Shown here: positions 27,501-37,607 of the stretch, piece after piece
Layout: the number at the start of each line of letters is the position of its first letter
How positions within the stretch are numbered: position 1 is the stretch's first letter
Assembly (NCBI GenBank): GCA_964531585.1
Contig: CAZHET010000001.1
Coordinates: 1-47,245 of the forward strand
DNA: 47,245 nt
Reading direction: 5' to 3'
DNA from: an uncultured Planctomycetaceae bacterium
GTDB taxonomy: Bacteria > Planctomycetota > Planctomycetia > Planctomycetales > Planctomycetaceae
Position numbers and translations under genes: made by a program
Notes under the pieces: generated by a model
What the model saw: the letters and a program-made list of their open reading frames with translations, nothing else
Told to the model about the DNA's origin: nothing
Database searches by the model: none

Positions 27501-28549
27501 ATGAAGCGTGGATCAATAGTGAACGACAACATCTGAAGAGCCTCGACGAAGCGGTGCAGTCGGCCGAAGGAGCGTGCCGGGTGCGGTCTCAACAGTTGGA
27601 AGAGCATCAGAAGAACCGTTCGACCGACGAGGAAGAACCCGGCGTGCTGGCCGCCGTCGAAAATCTTCAGCGTGAACTCCTGACCGCAAAGGAAAGTGCC
27701 GAAACAGCGCGGGCGGTTGTTCTGGGCGACGATCAGCGCCGCGCGGAAAATGCCACGCTGGCGAATGAATTGAATTCCAAACGGGCGGCAGCGGAACCGT
27801 GGCTGAAGCTGAACGAGCTGATTGGTTCCGCGGACGGAGCGAAGTTTCGCATGATCGCTCAGCGGCGCACGCTGGACGTGCTTTTAAGCAACGCGAATCA
27901 CCAGTTGTCGCAGCTGGCGGCGCGATATCGTCTGGAGCGTCTGCCGGAATCGCTGAATCTGGTAGTGATCGACTGCGACATGGGCGACGAACGCCGGTCG
28001 GTCCATTCCCTGTCGGGCGGCGAATCGTTTCTGGTGTCGCTGGCACTGGCGCTGGGGCTGGCGTCGCTGGCTTCCAACCGTCTGCGGATTGAATCTCTGT
28101 TCATTGACGAGGGCTTCGGAAGTCTCGACCCGGACACGTTAAACACGGCGATGAACGCGCTGATGCACCTGGAGGCTCAGGGCCGCAAGGTCGGAGTGAT
28201 TTCGCACGTGAAGGAAATGACGGACGCGATTCCGGTGAAAATCACCGTGGTCAAGCTCCGCGGCGGAGCGTCCCGCATTGTGATCCCCGGCGCGGCTGCA
28301 GAAATATCGGCGGCCTCATTTGTTGACGCCTCGGTGTCTCCGCTTTGCTCCGGCAGCGACGATCTGTCGGCACAGGTCGCCGCACAGCTTCTGGAGATCC
28401 TTCAGCGAGAACATAGCAGTGGAAAAGACAAGGTCTCAACGACACTGCTGCGGAAGGAAATCGGCTGCAGTCTCGCGCAGCTCAAAGCAGCGCAACGCCA
28501 ACTGGGAGACCGAATTGCCGCGGAAGGCAGGAGCCTTCGCCTGGCCTGA
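24548..28549 (+). CDS. sbcC: Exonuclease SbcC (Rad50-like ATPase) with an extra ~85-aa C-terminal extension
   Basis: Motifs present: Walker A ISGATGAGKSSLLDAL, a very long coiled coil, zinc hook CPVCGSLDHP (~26399), signature LSGGESFLVSLALAL, Walker B/D-loop LFIDEGFGSLD and H-loop GVISHV. The gene starts 3 nt after the sbcD stop. Confidence 0.92.
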   Translation: MRILRITVHNIASLEGTHSVDFTRDPLRSAGLFAISGATGAGKSSLLDALCLALFDATPRLQQVGRLAELTDGERQSDPRMLLRRGAGEGFAEVAFVGVDQREWTARWHVWRSHKRPDGSLQQVEMTLFRGHIPPGGPGTHEASGKKTEVREAIVEKVGLRFDQFTRAVLLAQNDFARFLTADDKQRAEILQALTGTERFEAISQAVYKRCDEERRAMGSLEAKLEGSQPLTNDARAEAESTQRAAAGTVARLEAELKQRQEVAKWFTELRRLTGDLAKANDDLRLASDTRDAAAERRADLELTEIVSRDARRLRDVELSIERDVRVAEKALHAAEQKLAAHTEAAATTAGQLDDAIRKRDELRQRQQAAEPLLKRARDLDTTLKLRHERLAHANKACDAAGKAVTECGKKLERESARRQQCVDQQQKRERDRDKLADFVPFAKESGKWLHRIDDALDAKAAAEKLRKKLASAKDLRKSLERDLKKHRDSERELQQLSETATQTLHEALVAEGAFDADHLAEERSRLDDACNALTRVQQQLATVQKNRDEAELLHSEIELLQSKQTDELTELARLRDTDIPAALADVAGAKSALQFLRAAIDDSAKALRTSLHEDQPCPVCGSLDHPYRHEEPDYQTTAVEAAERKLAEREQQRDSRQRSFDRLEVATANRAEQMKEKLAKRTRLVEEVADVQLDAPDYPHVTEILTLHEAERQPAVLQHLAVINCSREELDAKERAFREAVKRTSACRRIADAEKEKLVKLQGELAVLDKSFSVAESECSAAQNASQQADKRLRDAMNSLAELWNGVPDAGNRFDADGPEFRELFESSTAECGAIQTELSDLAAEIQKANAAIGPLEESLATAGTTLTACNADVKTATDEYNALATERNHIFDGRPADDVERELTGELKTAAELVEAITTAKHETEKLLAASRESRAAAGRFNDEKALALQSARDEMRAWLTAFTERTARSLSLLELDAVLLRDEAWINSERQHLKSLDEAVQSAEGACRVRSQQLEEHQKNRSTDEEEPGVLAAVENLQRELLTAKESAETARAVVLGDDQRRAENATLANELNSKRAAAEPWLKLNELIGSADGAKFRMIAQRRTLDVLLSNANHQLSQLAARYRLERLPESLNLVVIDCDMGDERRSVHSLSGGESFLVSLALALGLASLASNRLRIESLFIDEGFGSLDPDTLNTAMNALMHLEAQGRKVGVISHVKEMTDAIPVKITVVKLRGGASRIVIPGAAAEISAASFVDASVSPLCSGSDDLSAQVAAQLLEILQREHSSGKDKVSTTLLRKEIGCSLAQLKAAQRQLGDRIAAEGRSLRLA

Positions 28550-28570
28550 CCGGCGTAAATGGTTCGTATT

Positions 28571-28897
28571 TCACTCTGCCAGCATCTGCCGCAGCGCTTC
28601 GAGTCCCGACATGCCGGGATTGATTCCCATGGCTGCAGCCGCGGTGCTGGCGGCGACGATCGTGGCTTCGTACAGATCTTCCGGTTCACGCAGCGGATGT
28701 TCCGGCGTGCCGCGGGCGATGGCGAACGCCATGCCGAATTTGTCGGCACACTCGATATCGTAGATCCCGCAGCCGACAACACCGCGGTGAGTGTGGATGG
28801 CACAGTACTGTCCGCCATCCCAGGCATAGGCGGCACCCACTGCGGCTCCGAACGGAGTATCCAGTTCACGGTGCTCGGCCTTCGGAAGTTTTGTCAT
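28571..28897 (-). CDS. DUF1805 (YunC-like) domain protein
   Basis: ...CAIHTHRGVVGCGIYDIECADKFGMAFAIARG...GINPGMSGLEALRQML parallels B. subtilis YunC (...GYIMCGALDV...GIRPGMSGKEALLKM). Confidence 0.8.
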   Translation of the reverse strand: MTKLPKAEHRELDTPFGAAVGAAYAWDGGQYCAIHTHRGVVGCGIYDIECADKFGMAFAIARGTPEHPLREPEDLYEATIVAASTAAAAMGINPGMSGLEALRQMLAE

Positions 28898-28907
28898 CGG
28901 GGGCTCC

Positions 28908-29540
28908 TCACTGGGCCATGAATCCTGGCAACGACGTCAGCACGGTCTTCAGGCGAGCCAGCGCGCGCATGTAGCGGTCGCTGGATGCCTGGTCGGAGAT
29001 TCCCAGGATCTGAGCTGTTTCACGATTGGAAAGCTGTTCGAAGTGTCGCAGTGCCAGCACTTCGCGGTCGATTTCATTCATGGAGCTGAGCGCCTGCTTC
29101 AACTGATCCGCGAGTTCGTCTCGCAGCGCCGCCTGGCTGGGGGACGTCAGATGTCCGAGCAGATGAAAGGACAGTGAGAACGACGTCGATTCGGAAGTCC
29201 AGCCGCGGTGAATGGAAAACTCGGCCGCCGCGTTGCGTTTCTGAGTTCCCAGGTGCCGGCGGTGGATGTCGATCAGCGTCTGACTGGTGATGAGTCGGAA
29301 CCAGACGAAGATCGACCGCGACGCGTCCGACAGGAAATGGTCGATGCGCTGAACGACGGCCAGCCATGCCTCCTGCAGCACGTCATCGGCGTCGATGCGG
29401 CCGTGCAGGCGCGGGTCCATGCGAAAATTGACCATTCTCCACAACCGATCTCGATGCGTCGAAAATAGCTCTGCCAGCGCGTCTTCGTCACCTTTGACAA
29501 CGCGGTCGATGAGCTGAATTTCGTGATCAGACTGGGTCAC
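28908..29540 (-). CDS. ECF-type RNA polymerase sigma-70 family factor with an extended region 2-region 4 linker
   Basis: Region 2 is DADDVLQEAWLAVVQRIDHF...WFRLITSQTLIDIHRRH. Region 4 is REVLALRHFEQLSNRETAQILGISDQASSDRYMRALARLK. Confidence 0.85.
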   Translation of the reverse strand: MTQSDHEIQLIDRVVKGDEDALAELFSTHRDRLWRMVNFRMDPRLHGRIDADDVLQEAWLAVVQRIDHFLSDASRSIFVWFRLITSQTLIDIHRRHLGTQKRNAAAEFSIHRGWTSESTSFSLSFHLLGHLTSPSQAALRDELADQLKQALSSMNEIDREVLALRHFEQLSNRETAQILGISDQASSDRYMRALARLKTVLTSLPGFMAQ

Positions 29541-29812
29541 GTGGCGGCCTGCAATGCTGCTTGACAGCAGGAGAGTTTCATGGCACGACCGGGATCGTAA
29601 CTGACGGCGGCGAACTCAGAAAACCAACGCGGCCTTGTTGGCTGACAGCACGGCCGTCTGATGCGAGCGACCAGACGCATTAGTCCGGACTGCTGGCGTT
29701 AAGAAACCAGCACAACTTGCGGAATCCCGCGCGCCGACAGTGGCGGCGCTTGGCTGCATCAGTACGATTCCCGGCGTGTGAATCCTGTTGCATTCCATCG
29801 GAGAAAAACATC

Positions 29813-31030
<1,218 letters not shown>

Positions 31031-31093
31031 AAGTCCGGTGCAGGACTCGGTACCCGCACTCTCAAATCAAAAATCAAAAATCGCGAATCCGCC

Positions 31094-32323
31094 ATGACCC
31101 CCTTCGAATGTGCATGTCACTACTTTGAAACCGCGGCCGGCGTCATGGATCTGTCGCCCAACATGCGCAAGCTGCTGCGGACTCCGGAACGCGAGGTCAA
31201 AGTGCAGGTCGCGATGAAGCTGGACAACGGCGAAATCGCCACGTTCGTCGGCTACCGAGTTCAGCACAACAGCGCTCGCGGACCGATGAAGGGCGGCCTG
31301 CGGTATCATCATGAAGTCGACGCCGATGAAGTGCTCGCATTGGCATCACTGATGACGTGGAAGACTGCCGTCGCTGCGCTTCCGTACGGCGGAGCGAAAG
31401 GTGGGATCGCGGTGAACCCCAAAGATCTCAGCGAGCACGAGCTGGAAATCATGACGCGGCGGTTCACCGACGAGATTCAGGATATCATCGGCCCGGACAA
31501 GGATATCCCTGCTCCGGACATGGGCACGAACGCTCAGGTCATGGCGTGGATCGTGAACCAGTACGAAAAATTCCACGGCTTCAACCCCGCCTGCGTCACC
31601 GGGAAACCTCTGGAACTTCATGGAGCCGACGGTCGTGAAGAAGCGACGGGTCGCGGTGTTGGTCTGCTGACAGAAGCACTGCTGTCGAAGGACGGTCGTT
31701 CGCTGAAGGACGTGACGGTGGCGATTCAGGGATTCGGCAACGTGGGTACGTTTGCAGCGTCGTATATCCACGAACATGGCGGCAAAGTCGTGGCGATTTC
31801 GGACGTTAGCGGAGCCAAATTCGACACGCGAGGCATTGACATTCCAGCCGCTGTGGAACACGTGCGGCAGCATCGTTCTCTGAAGGCATTCGAAGCGGAG
31901 TCACAGATTTCAAACGACGAACTTCTGGCACTGGATGTCGACGTCCTGATTCCGGCCGCGCTCGGAGGAGTCCTGACGGCTGACAACGCACGAGACGTCC
32001 GAGCCCACTTTATCATCGAAGCAGCGAATGGCCCGGTTACTCCCGACGCTGACGAAATCCTGAAAGACTTGGGCGTGGTCGTTCTGCCGGATATTCTGGC
32101 GAATGCGGGTGGTGTCACCGTCAGTTACTTTGAATGGGTCCAGAATCAGCAATACTTCAAGTGGGATCTGGACCGCACTCGCCAGGAACTGCACAAGACT
32201 CTGACCACCAGTTTCGACAAGATGTGGCAGATTGCCATCGACAAACACATCCCGCTGCGCACGGCCGCGTATCTGATGGGCATTGGCCGGGTTGGGCGAG
32301 CGACCGTTCTGGCCGGAATCTAA
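31094..32323 (+). CDS. gdh: Glu/Leu/Phe/Val dehydrogenase family enzyme (glutamate dehydrogenase-like)
   Basis: [20 protein letters not shown] and the Rossmann motif [10 protein letters not shown] are present. The length is ~409 aa. Confidence 0.9.
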   Translation: MTPFECACHYFETAAGVMDLSPNMRKLLRTPEREVKVQVAMKLDNGEIATFVGYRVQHNSARGPMKGGLRYHHEVDADEVLALASLMTWKTAVAALPYGGAKGGIAVNPKDLSEHELEIMTRRFTDEIQDIIGPDKDIPAPDMGTNAQVMAWIVNQYEKFHGFNPACVTGKPLELHGADGREEATGRGVGLLTEALLSKDGRSLKDVTVAIQGFGNVGTFAASYIHEHGGKVVAISDVSGAKFDTRGIDIPAAVEHVRQHRSLKAFEAESQISNDELLALDVDVLIPAALGGVLTADNARDVRAHFIIEAANGPVTPDADEILKDLGVVVLPDILANAGGVTVSYFEWVQNQQYFKWDLDRTRQELHKTLTTSFDKMWQIAIDKHIPLRTAAYLMGIGRVGRATVLAGI

Positions 32324-32353
32324 TGCAGCCGAGCTGAATCGAAGGCGCGATTT

Positions 32354-32878
32354 ATGAGTATGACGATCGAAAAACTGGCTCCGTTTCACATCTTTGACGG
32401 CCTGGAAAAGGAAGACGCACAGGCCATCTGTTCGGCCTTCACGACGGACACCTACGATGCCGGTGATGACGTGCTGCGCGAAGGAGCCTCCGTGCCTGCT
32501 CTGTGGATCATTTTGTCGGGCGAGTGCGTTGTGTTTCGGTCATGCGAAGATGACGGAATTCACCAGCTTGCCGAACTGAAAGCCGGCGACGTCTTCGGCG
32601 AAATGTCATTCTTCCACCCGGCACCTCATTCTGCCACCGTTCGGGCGACGTCGTCGATGACCGTGGGCTGCTATAATCGCGAGGATTTTCTGACGCTGGC
32701 GGAGAAACGTCCGCAGGCGGCGTTTCGCGTCGCCGCGAATGTTTCGGCCGTGCTGTCCGAACGCCTTCGCCGCATGGACCACTGGATCTGCGAACTGATG
32801 AACAGCCCGGTCGGCAGCAGCAGCCGCGACGAATGGCAGACATTCCGTTCGGCGGTGTACACGAACTGGGATCTTTGA
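32354..32878 (+). CDS. Stand-alone cyclic nucleotide-binding (CAP effector) domain protein with no recognisable HTH
   Basis: GDVFGEMSFFHPAPHSATVRA is the phosphate-binding-cassette-like motif. The protein is only 174 aa. Confidence 0.75.
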   Translation: MSMTIEKLAPFHIFDGLEKEDAQAICSAFTTDTYDAGDDVLREGASVPALWIILSGECVVFRSCEDDGIHQLAELKAGDVFGEMSFFHPAPHSATVRATSSMTVGCYNREDFLTLAEKRPQAAFRVAANVSAVLSERLRRMDHWICELMNSPVGSSSRDEWQTFRSAVYTNWDL

Positions 32879-33023
32879 ATAGAGCGACTTGTCAGTACAT
32901 GGTCTCGATGGCTGACGTCAAAACATGTGAGCCCCGCAGCGCGAACGCCGGGACTTCGCTGGACTCCGTCCCAGCCGCTGATCAATTTACCCCCTGACCC
33001 TCGGCAGCGCGCCAGAAACCACC

Positions 33024-34319
33024 ATGCCAACGACCGTGACACCCATGGAAACCCCCGTCAGCACCGATCAGCTCGACTCCGATGCGCGCGACACGGCCGA
33101 ACGCGCTCGGGCCGCGGCTCAGCAACTGGCCGTCGTGACTGGTGAGCAGAAGCTGCGCTGGCTCAAACGCTGCGCCGAGTTATTGGTTTCCTCCGCTCCC
33201 GAAGTCATCGCAGCCAACGCGATTGATTTGCAGGCAGCGGAAGAGAAGGGACTCAGTTCCGCGATGATCGATCGGCTGCGGCTGACCGAAGACCGGTTGA
33301 AAAGTTTGGCCGCGGCGGTCGTGGAGATCGGCAGCCTTCCCGAGCCGATCGGCGAAATTATCGACAGCAACATGCGTCCCAACGGCCTGCTGGTCACCAA
33401 AGTTCGCGTCCCGTTGGGGGTTGTGTTCTTCATTTACGAATCCCGCCCAAACGTCACCGTCGACGCGGCCGCGCTGTGTGTGAAGAGCGGCAACGCGGTC
33501 ATTCTGCGAGGCGGCAGCGAAGCTACTCACAGCAATCAGGCGCTGTACAAAATTGTCCGTGACGCGCTGACCGCCGCAGGCCTGCCAGTCGACTCCGTCC
33601 AGCTTGTCGAAACGACGGATCGCGCGGCCGTCGGCTCGTTTCTGAAGCTTGGTCACCTGATCGACGTCACCATACCTCGTGGAGGCCGCTCGCTGATCGA
33701 GCGAGTTGCCCGGGAAGCCACGATGCCCGTCATCAAGCACTTCGACGGCATCTGTCACGTCTATATCGATGCCGCCGCCGATCCGGATATGGCGGTCAAC
33801 ATCACTATCAACAGCAAGTGCCAGCGTCCCGGAGTCTGCAATGCGGCCGAGACTCTGCTGATTCACAAAGACGCAGTCGCCACAATCTGGCCACGACTCG
33901 CGGATGAACTGAAAGGTCTCGGTGTTGAACTGAGGTGCTGCCCGAGAAGTTTCGCGATCGTCGAAGGCTGCAGGGCCGCGACCGATGACGACTACGCGAC
34001 CGAGTATCTGGACCTGATTCTGTCGGTGAAGATCGTCGATTCCGTTGCTGACGCGGTCGACCACATTCGGAGATTCAGTTCCGGCCACACCGAATCGATC
34101 GTCACCAGCGACCTGCGTGCGGCGGAGTATTTTCAGAACCATGTTGATTCGTCCGCGGTCATCGTGAATGCCAGCACTCGATTCAACGACGGCGGAGAAT
34201 TCGGTCTGGGAGCCGAGATCGGCATCAGCACCGATCGCTTTCACGCACGCGGTCCGTGTGGCCTTCGCGAAATTACCAGCTACAAGTATGTGGTTCATGG
34301 CAGCGGCCAGATCCGCTGA
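33024..34319 (+). CDS. proA: Glutamate-5-semialdehyde dehydrogenase (gamma-glutamyl phosphate reductase)
   Basis: Collinear ProA motifs: [71 protein letters not shown] and [22 protein letters not shown]. Confidence 0.93.
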   Translation: MPTTVTPMETPVSTDQLDSDARDTAERARAAAQQLAVVTGEQKLRWLKRCAELLVSSAPEVIAANAIDLQAAEEKGLSSAMIDRLRLTEDRLKSLAAAVVEIGSLPEPIGEIIDSNMRPNGLLVTKVRVPLGVVFFIYESRPNVTVDAAALCVKSGNAVILRGGSEATHSNQALYKIVRDALTAAGLPVDSVQLVETTDRAAVGSFLKLGHLIDVTIPRGGRSLIERVAREATMPVIKHFDGICHVYIDAAADPDMAVNITINSKCQRPGVCNAAETLLIHKDAVATIWPRLADELKGLGVELRCCPRSFAIVEGCRAATDDDYATEYLDLILSVKIVDSVADAVDHIRRFSSGHTESIVTSDLRAAEYFQNHVDSSAVIVNASTRFNDGGEFGLGAEIGISTDRFHARGPCGLREITSYKYVVHGSGQIR

Positions 34320-34374
34320 TCGTCGCGGCAAGCGCTGCCTGCATTGTTTCTCGGACGGATTTAAGGATTGCGTA

Positions 34375-35418
34375 ATGCTGTGCCTTGACCTCGACATCAT
34401 GGAACGCAACGCCGCCGTCATGGCGGAACAGATCGCTGGTGACGGCAAGCAGTGGCGTCCTCACGTGAAGAGCCACTGCCTGCCGCAAATTGCGTCGGCA
34501 CTTGTCGAACTTGGTGCAATCGGAGTTACGGCGGCTTCCGTTGCCGAAGCCAGCGTGATGGCAGCGGCCGGAATTCCTTCAGTTCTGGTCGCTCATCTCG
34601 TGGCGAATCCGGCACAGCTTCGGCGGGTGCCGGACATCAATCAGAGGACAAACCTGCTTCTGACAATAGACCACTTTGTTCATGCGGAATTGCTGGCGGA
34701 CCTTGCGAATCGGTGTGGCCAGGAGTTTCAGGTGCTGGTCGATGTCGACATCGGCATGAACCGAACGGGCGTCCGGCCCGGTCATGACGCGACAGAACTG
34801 GCTCAGGCGGCCGACCGGCTGGCCGGCGTGCGTGTTGTCGGCATCATGGGTTACGAAGGACATCTGCTGCAGATCGCCGACGCCGACGAGAAGCAGCGCC
34901 TGATCTTCGAAGCCATCAGCGTTCTGCAGCACACACGGGACCTGATCGTCTCGCACGGCATCGACTGTAAGATCGTCAGCGCTGGAGGCAGCGGGTCGTA
35001 CCAGATCACCAGTCGACATCCGGCCGTGACGGAACTGCAGGCGGGCGGTGGAATCTTCGGCGACCTCTTTTATTCGCAGAACTGTCACGCGACCGGTTTG
35101 GAATCCGCAATGTGGGTCATGGCGGACGTGGTATCGCGACCGTCTCTCGATCGTGCAATTCTGAATTGCGGGCGAAAGATGTTGAGCCCCGATTTGTGTC
35201 TCCCCGCGATGCGGAAGATCTCCGGAGCGACAGTTCAGCGTCTCAGTGCGGAGCACGCAATTGTTGAGGTCTCCGGCGTGGCGAAGGACCTGCGCATCGG
35301 TGATTCGGTCGCTGTGAGTGTGGGTTATTCCGACCTGACGGTGCTGTTGCACCGGCAACTGCATGTGTTTCGCGGCGAAACGCCAGTGGCTGTCTGGCCC
35401 TTCGTCCGCGCCGCGTAA
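34375..35418 (+). CDS. Fold-type III PLP enzyme of the D-serine dehydratase-like / D-threonine aldolase (alanine racemase N-terminal domain) family
   Basis: WRPHVKSHCLPQIA provides the PLP-lysine context, with GIMGYEGHL and SAGGSGSY downstream. The ATG at 34375 is preceded by aagga. The listed start at 34168 would overlap proA by ~150 nt. Confidence 0.7.
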   Translation: MLCLDLDIMERNAAVMAEQIAGDGKQWRPHVKSHCLPQIASALVELGAIGVTAASVAEASVMAAAGIPSVLVAHLVANPAQLRRVPDINQRTNLLLTIDHFVHAELLADLANRCGQEFQVLVDVDIGMNRTGVRPGHDATELAQAADRLAGVRVVGIMGYEGHLLQIADADEKQRLIFEAISVLQHTRDLIVSHGIDCKIVSAGGSGSYQITSRHPAVTELQAGGGIFGDLFYSQNCHATGLESAMWVMADVVSRPSLDRAILNCGRKMLSPDLCLPAMRKISGATVQRLSAEHAIVEVSGVAKDLRIGDSVAVSVGYSDLTVLLHRQLHVFRGETPVAVWPFVRAA

Positions 35419-35630
35419 AGCGGGTGACCCGACCGGATTCACCTGCACGATCCGCAGAACCGGAGGTCGAATGCAGGGCGATTTTCCGGTGCATGATGCG
35501 GAACACGCAAAGCGCGTCAGGAACATTCGACATCTCAAGTGACGGACTGTTCGTCCGCGCCTTCGCCCGCGTCCTGCGCCACCCTGCGCGCCGGTGAACG
35601 GCCTTGTGAACAGGCACTGGCAACGGAAAC

Positions 35631-37595
35631 ATGGTCGCTCCATCGCTGCCGCAATGGTCCACATTGCTTGAAAATCTGCGTCCGCAGCTTCCGGTTATCG
35701 AACCGAAAGTGGCGGCACGCCTGCCGGTCATCCCGCAGGTCATGCAGCGTTTTTCCGAACTGACCAGTAACCCGGACGTGCCGGTCTCTGACGTCGCGCG
35801 GCTGATTTCGTCCGACGGCACGCTGACATCGATGCTGCTGAAGTTTGCGAATTCTGCGGCAGTGGGAACTCCGGGGCAGGTTAAGTCCGTTCAGCATGCG
35901 ATTACGCTGCTGGGCCTGCGACGACTGAAGACCGCTGTTCTTTCGCTGTCATTTCAGCAGGCGTTCAATTCTGCGAAGTCCCGGCATCTGTGTATGAAGC
36001 AGTTTGGCCTGGACAACGCTGAACGAGCCGCGTTTTCGCGGTGTGTTGCTCGCCATCTGCGTTGCGATGCCGACGTCGTTCCGCTGGCTTCGCTTCTGCA
36101 GGACGTGCTGTTGCCGGTGCTGACAGAAATCTGGCACTCCGAATACGAACAGCCGCGGGAGGAACTGGAGTGCCTGGTCGACTTCGAACGAAAAATCTTC
36201 GGCTGGGACCACGCGCTGATGGCCGCGGCGCTGATGGAACGCTGGAACTTTCCCGCGGAACTGATCGTGTGTGTGGCGAAACACCACGACTTCGACGCGG
36301 CGTTCCGGGCACCTGGCGGCTCCTCGGAAGTCGCAGACGACATCGCTGCGGTGCAGACAGGCGTGGCCTCTGCCGAGCACGCGGGCCGTCCGGAACTGCT
36401 GGCGGTGGCGGCGGCATCGCTGCTGCCGGAACAGTTCAATCAAACGACGGGAGCGGCTTCGCGGCTGATTCGCCTTCAGGAACACTACTCAAGCTGCAAC
36501 CTGCTGGAAATTGCGTCGCAGGTGGACGAACTACTCAGAGACGAAGCCAGTTCGGTCAAGCGTTCGGAGCTCTACCCGCGGCTGTCAGCGATCCTGTCAG
36601 CGGGCCTGGTGCAGGAACAGTTCGCGTCGATGATGGTCGAACGCAACATCGGCCGTTACACGCTGGAGGAGGAAATCGGTAAAGGTGGCATGGGAGTCGT
36701 CTACAAAGCGCGGCACGCTATGCTGTTGCGACCTGCGGCAATCAAGCTGCTGGATACTCGCCGGCTTGACGATGCCGCTGTGCGAAGGTTTGAATCAGAA
36801 GTGCAGCTCACCAGCCAGCTCACGTCACCACACACCATCACGGTTTACGATTTCGGGATGACGCCGGAAGGGTTCTTCTTCTACGTCATGGAGTACGTTG
36901 ACGGACTGACACTGTCGGAACTCGTGCATCAGTACGGCCCAATGCGCGAAGGCTACGTGATGCGGTTTCTGCTGCAGGCGTGTGACTCTCTGGCGGAAGC
37001 CCATGCGCTGAACCTGATTCACAGGGACATCAAGCCGGACAACATCATGCTGCGCAGAAACAGCATTGCCGGCGATACGATCAAAGTGCTGGACTTCGGG
37101 CTGGCGGCCATGATCGATGAAGTCGGGTCCGCTGAATGGTCTCCAAAAGGCTTCTGTGGAACACCGATGTTCATGGCTCCGGAGGCTATCGAATCACCGG
37201 GTCTGGTGGATCAGCGCATCGACATCTACGCTTTGGGAGCCGTGGGGCATTTTCTGCTGACCGGGCAAAAGCTGTTTCACGACTGCGATGCAAAGATCAG
37301 CAGCATTTTTCAGCGACAGCTTACGGTGATGCCCGTGCGTCCGTCCGAACGCATTCCCATTGGCATTTCGGCAGAGTTTGAAGACATCATCATGTCATGT
37401 CTTCAGAAGTCGCGGGATCAGCGGCCTCAGAGCGTTATAGAACTGGCGGAACGCATCCGGGAGTGTTCCCTCGCTGCGACCGCACTGCCGCCTTTGAAAC
37501 TGCAACAGCCGAAGCTGCCTGCCGGATCGCATCGTAAGCCGCGATTCGACGGAGCCGTTATGCTGAGTTCCACGGCCCTGGCAGATTCGGTGTGA
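35631..37595 (+). CDS. HDOD domain - Hanks-type Ser/Thr kinase fusion protein
   Basis: The N-terminal HDOD-like region is LPVIPQVMQRFSELTSNPDVPVSDVARLISSDGTLTSMLLKFANSAA...VKSVQHAITLLGLRRLKTAV...GWDHALMAAALMERWNFP. The C-terminal kinase region has IGKGGMGVVYKA, AAIKLL, LIHRDIKPDNIML, DFGLA and MFMAPE. Confidence 0.85.
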   Translation: MVAPSLPQWSTLLENLRPQLPVIEPKVAARLPVIPQVMQRFSELTSNPDVPVSDVARLISSDGTLTSMLLKFANSAAVGTPGQVKSVQHAITLLGLRRLKTAVLSLSFQQAFNSAKSRHLCMKQFGLDNAERAAFSRCVARHLRCDADVVPLASLLQDVLLPVLTEIWHSEYEQPREELECLVDFERKIFGWDHALMAAALMERWNFPAELIVCVAKHHDFDAAFRAPGGSSEVADDIAAVQTGVASAEHAGRPELLAVAAASLLPEQFNQTTGAASRLIRLQEHYSSCNLLEIASQVDELLRDEASSVKRSELYPRLSAILSAGLVQEQFASMMVERNIGRYTLEEEIGKGGMGVVYKARHAMLLRPAAIKLLDTRRLDDAAVRRFESEVQLTSQLTSPHTITVYDFGMTPEGFFFYVMEYVDGLTLSELVHQYGPMREGYVMRFLLQACDSLAEAHALNLIHRDIKPDNIMLRRNSIAGDTIKVLDFGLAAMIDEVGSAEWSPKGFCGTPMFMAPEAIESPGLVDQRIDIYALGAVGHFLLTGQKLFHDCDAKISSIFQRQLTVMPVRPSERIPIGISAEFEDIIMSCLQKSRDQRPQSVIELAERIRECSLAATALPPLKLQQPKLPAGSHRKPRFDGAVMLSSTALADSV

Positions 37596-37607
37596 TCCGG
37601 CGAGCGA

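Noticed and set aside
29717-29812. An upstream extension of argG to the listed start at 29717.
   Set aside because: The extra 32 residues (MRNPARRQWRRLAASVRFPACESCCIPSEKNI) have no counterpart in ArgG. The GTG at 29813 with an upstream ggag gives the canonical N-terminus.
34168-34374. An upstream extension of the PLP-enzyme ORF overlapping the last ~150 nt of proA.
   Set aside because: The overlap is in a different frame of well-supported proA sequence. The internal ATG at 34375, preceded by aagga, fits better.
33180-34448. A 422-aa ORF antisense to proA.
   Set aside because: proA on the + strand is unambiguous by motifs. The antisense product is low-information (R/D/G/V-rich) with no recognisable domain.
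34579-35664. A 361-aa ORF antisense to the PLP-enzyme gene.
   Set aside because: The reasoning is the same: the sense-strand gene has PLP-enzyme motifs and the antisense translation is R/P/C-rich noise.
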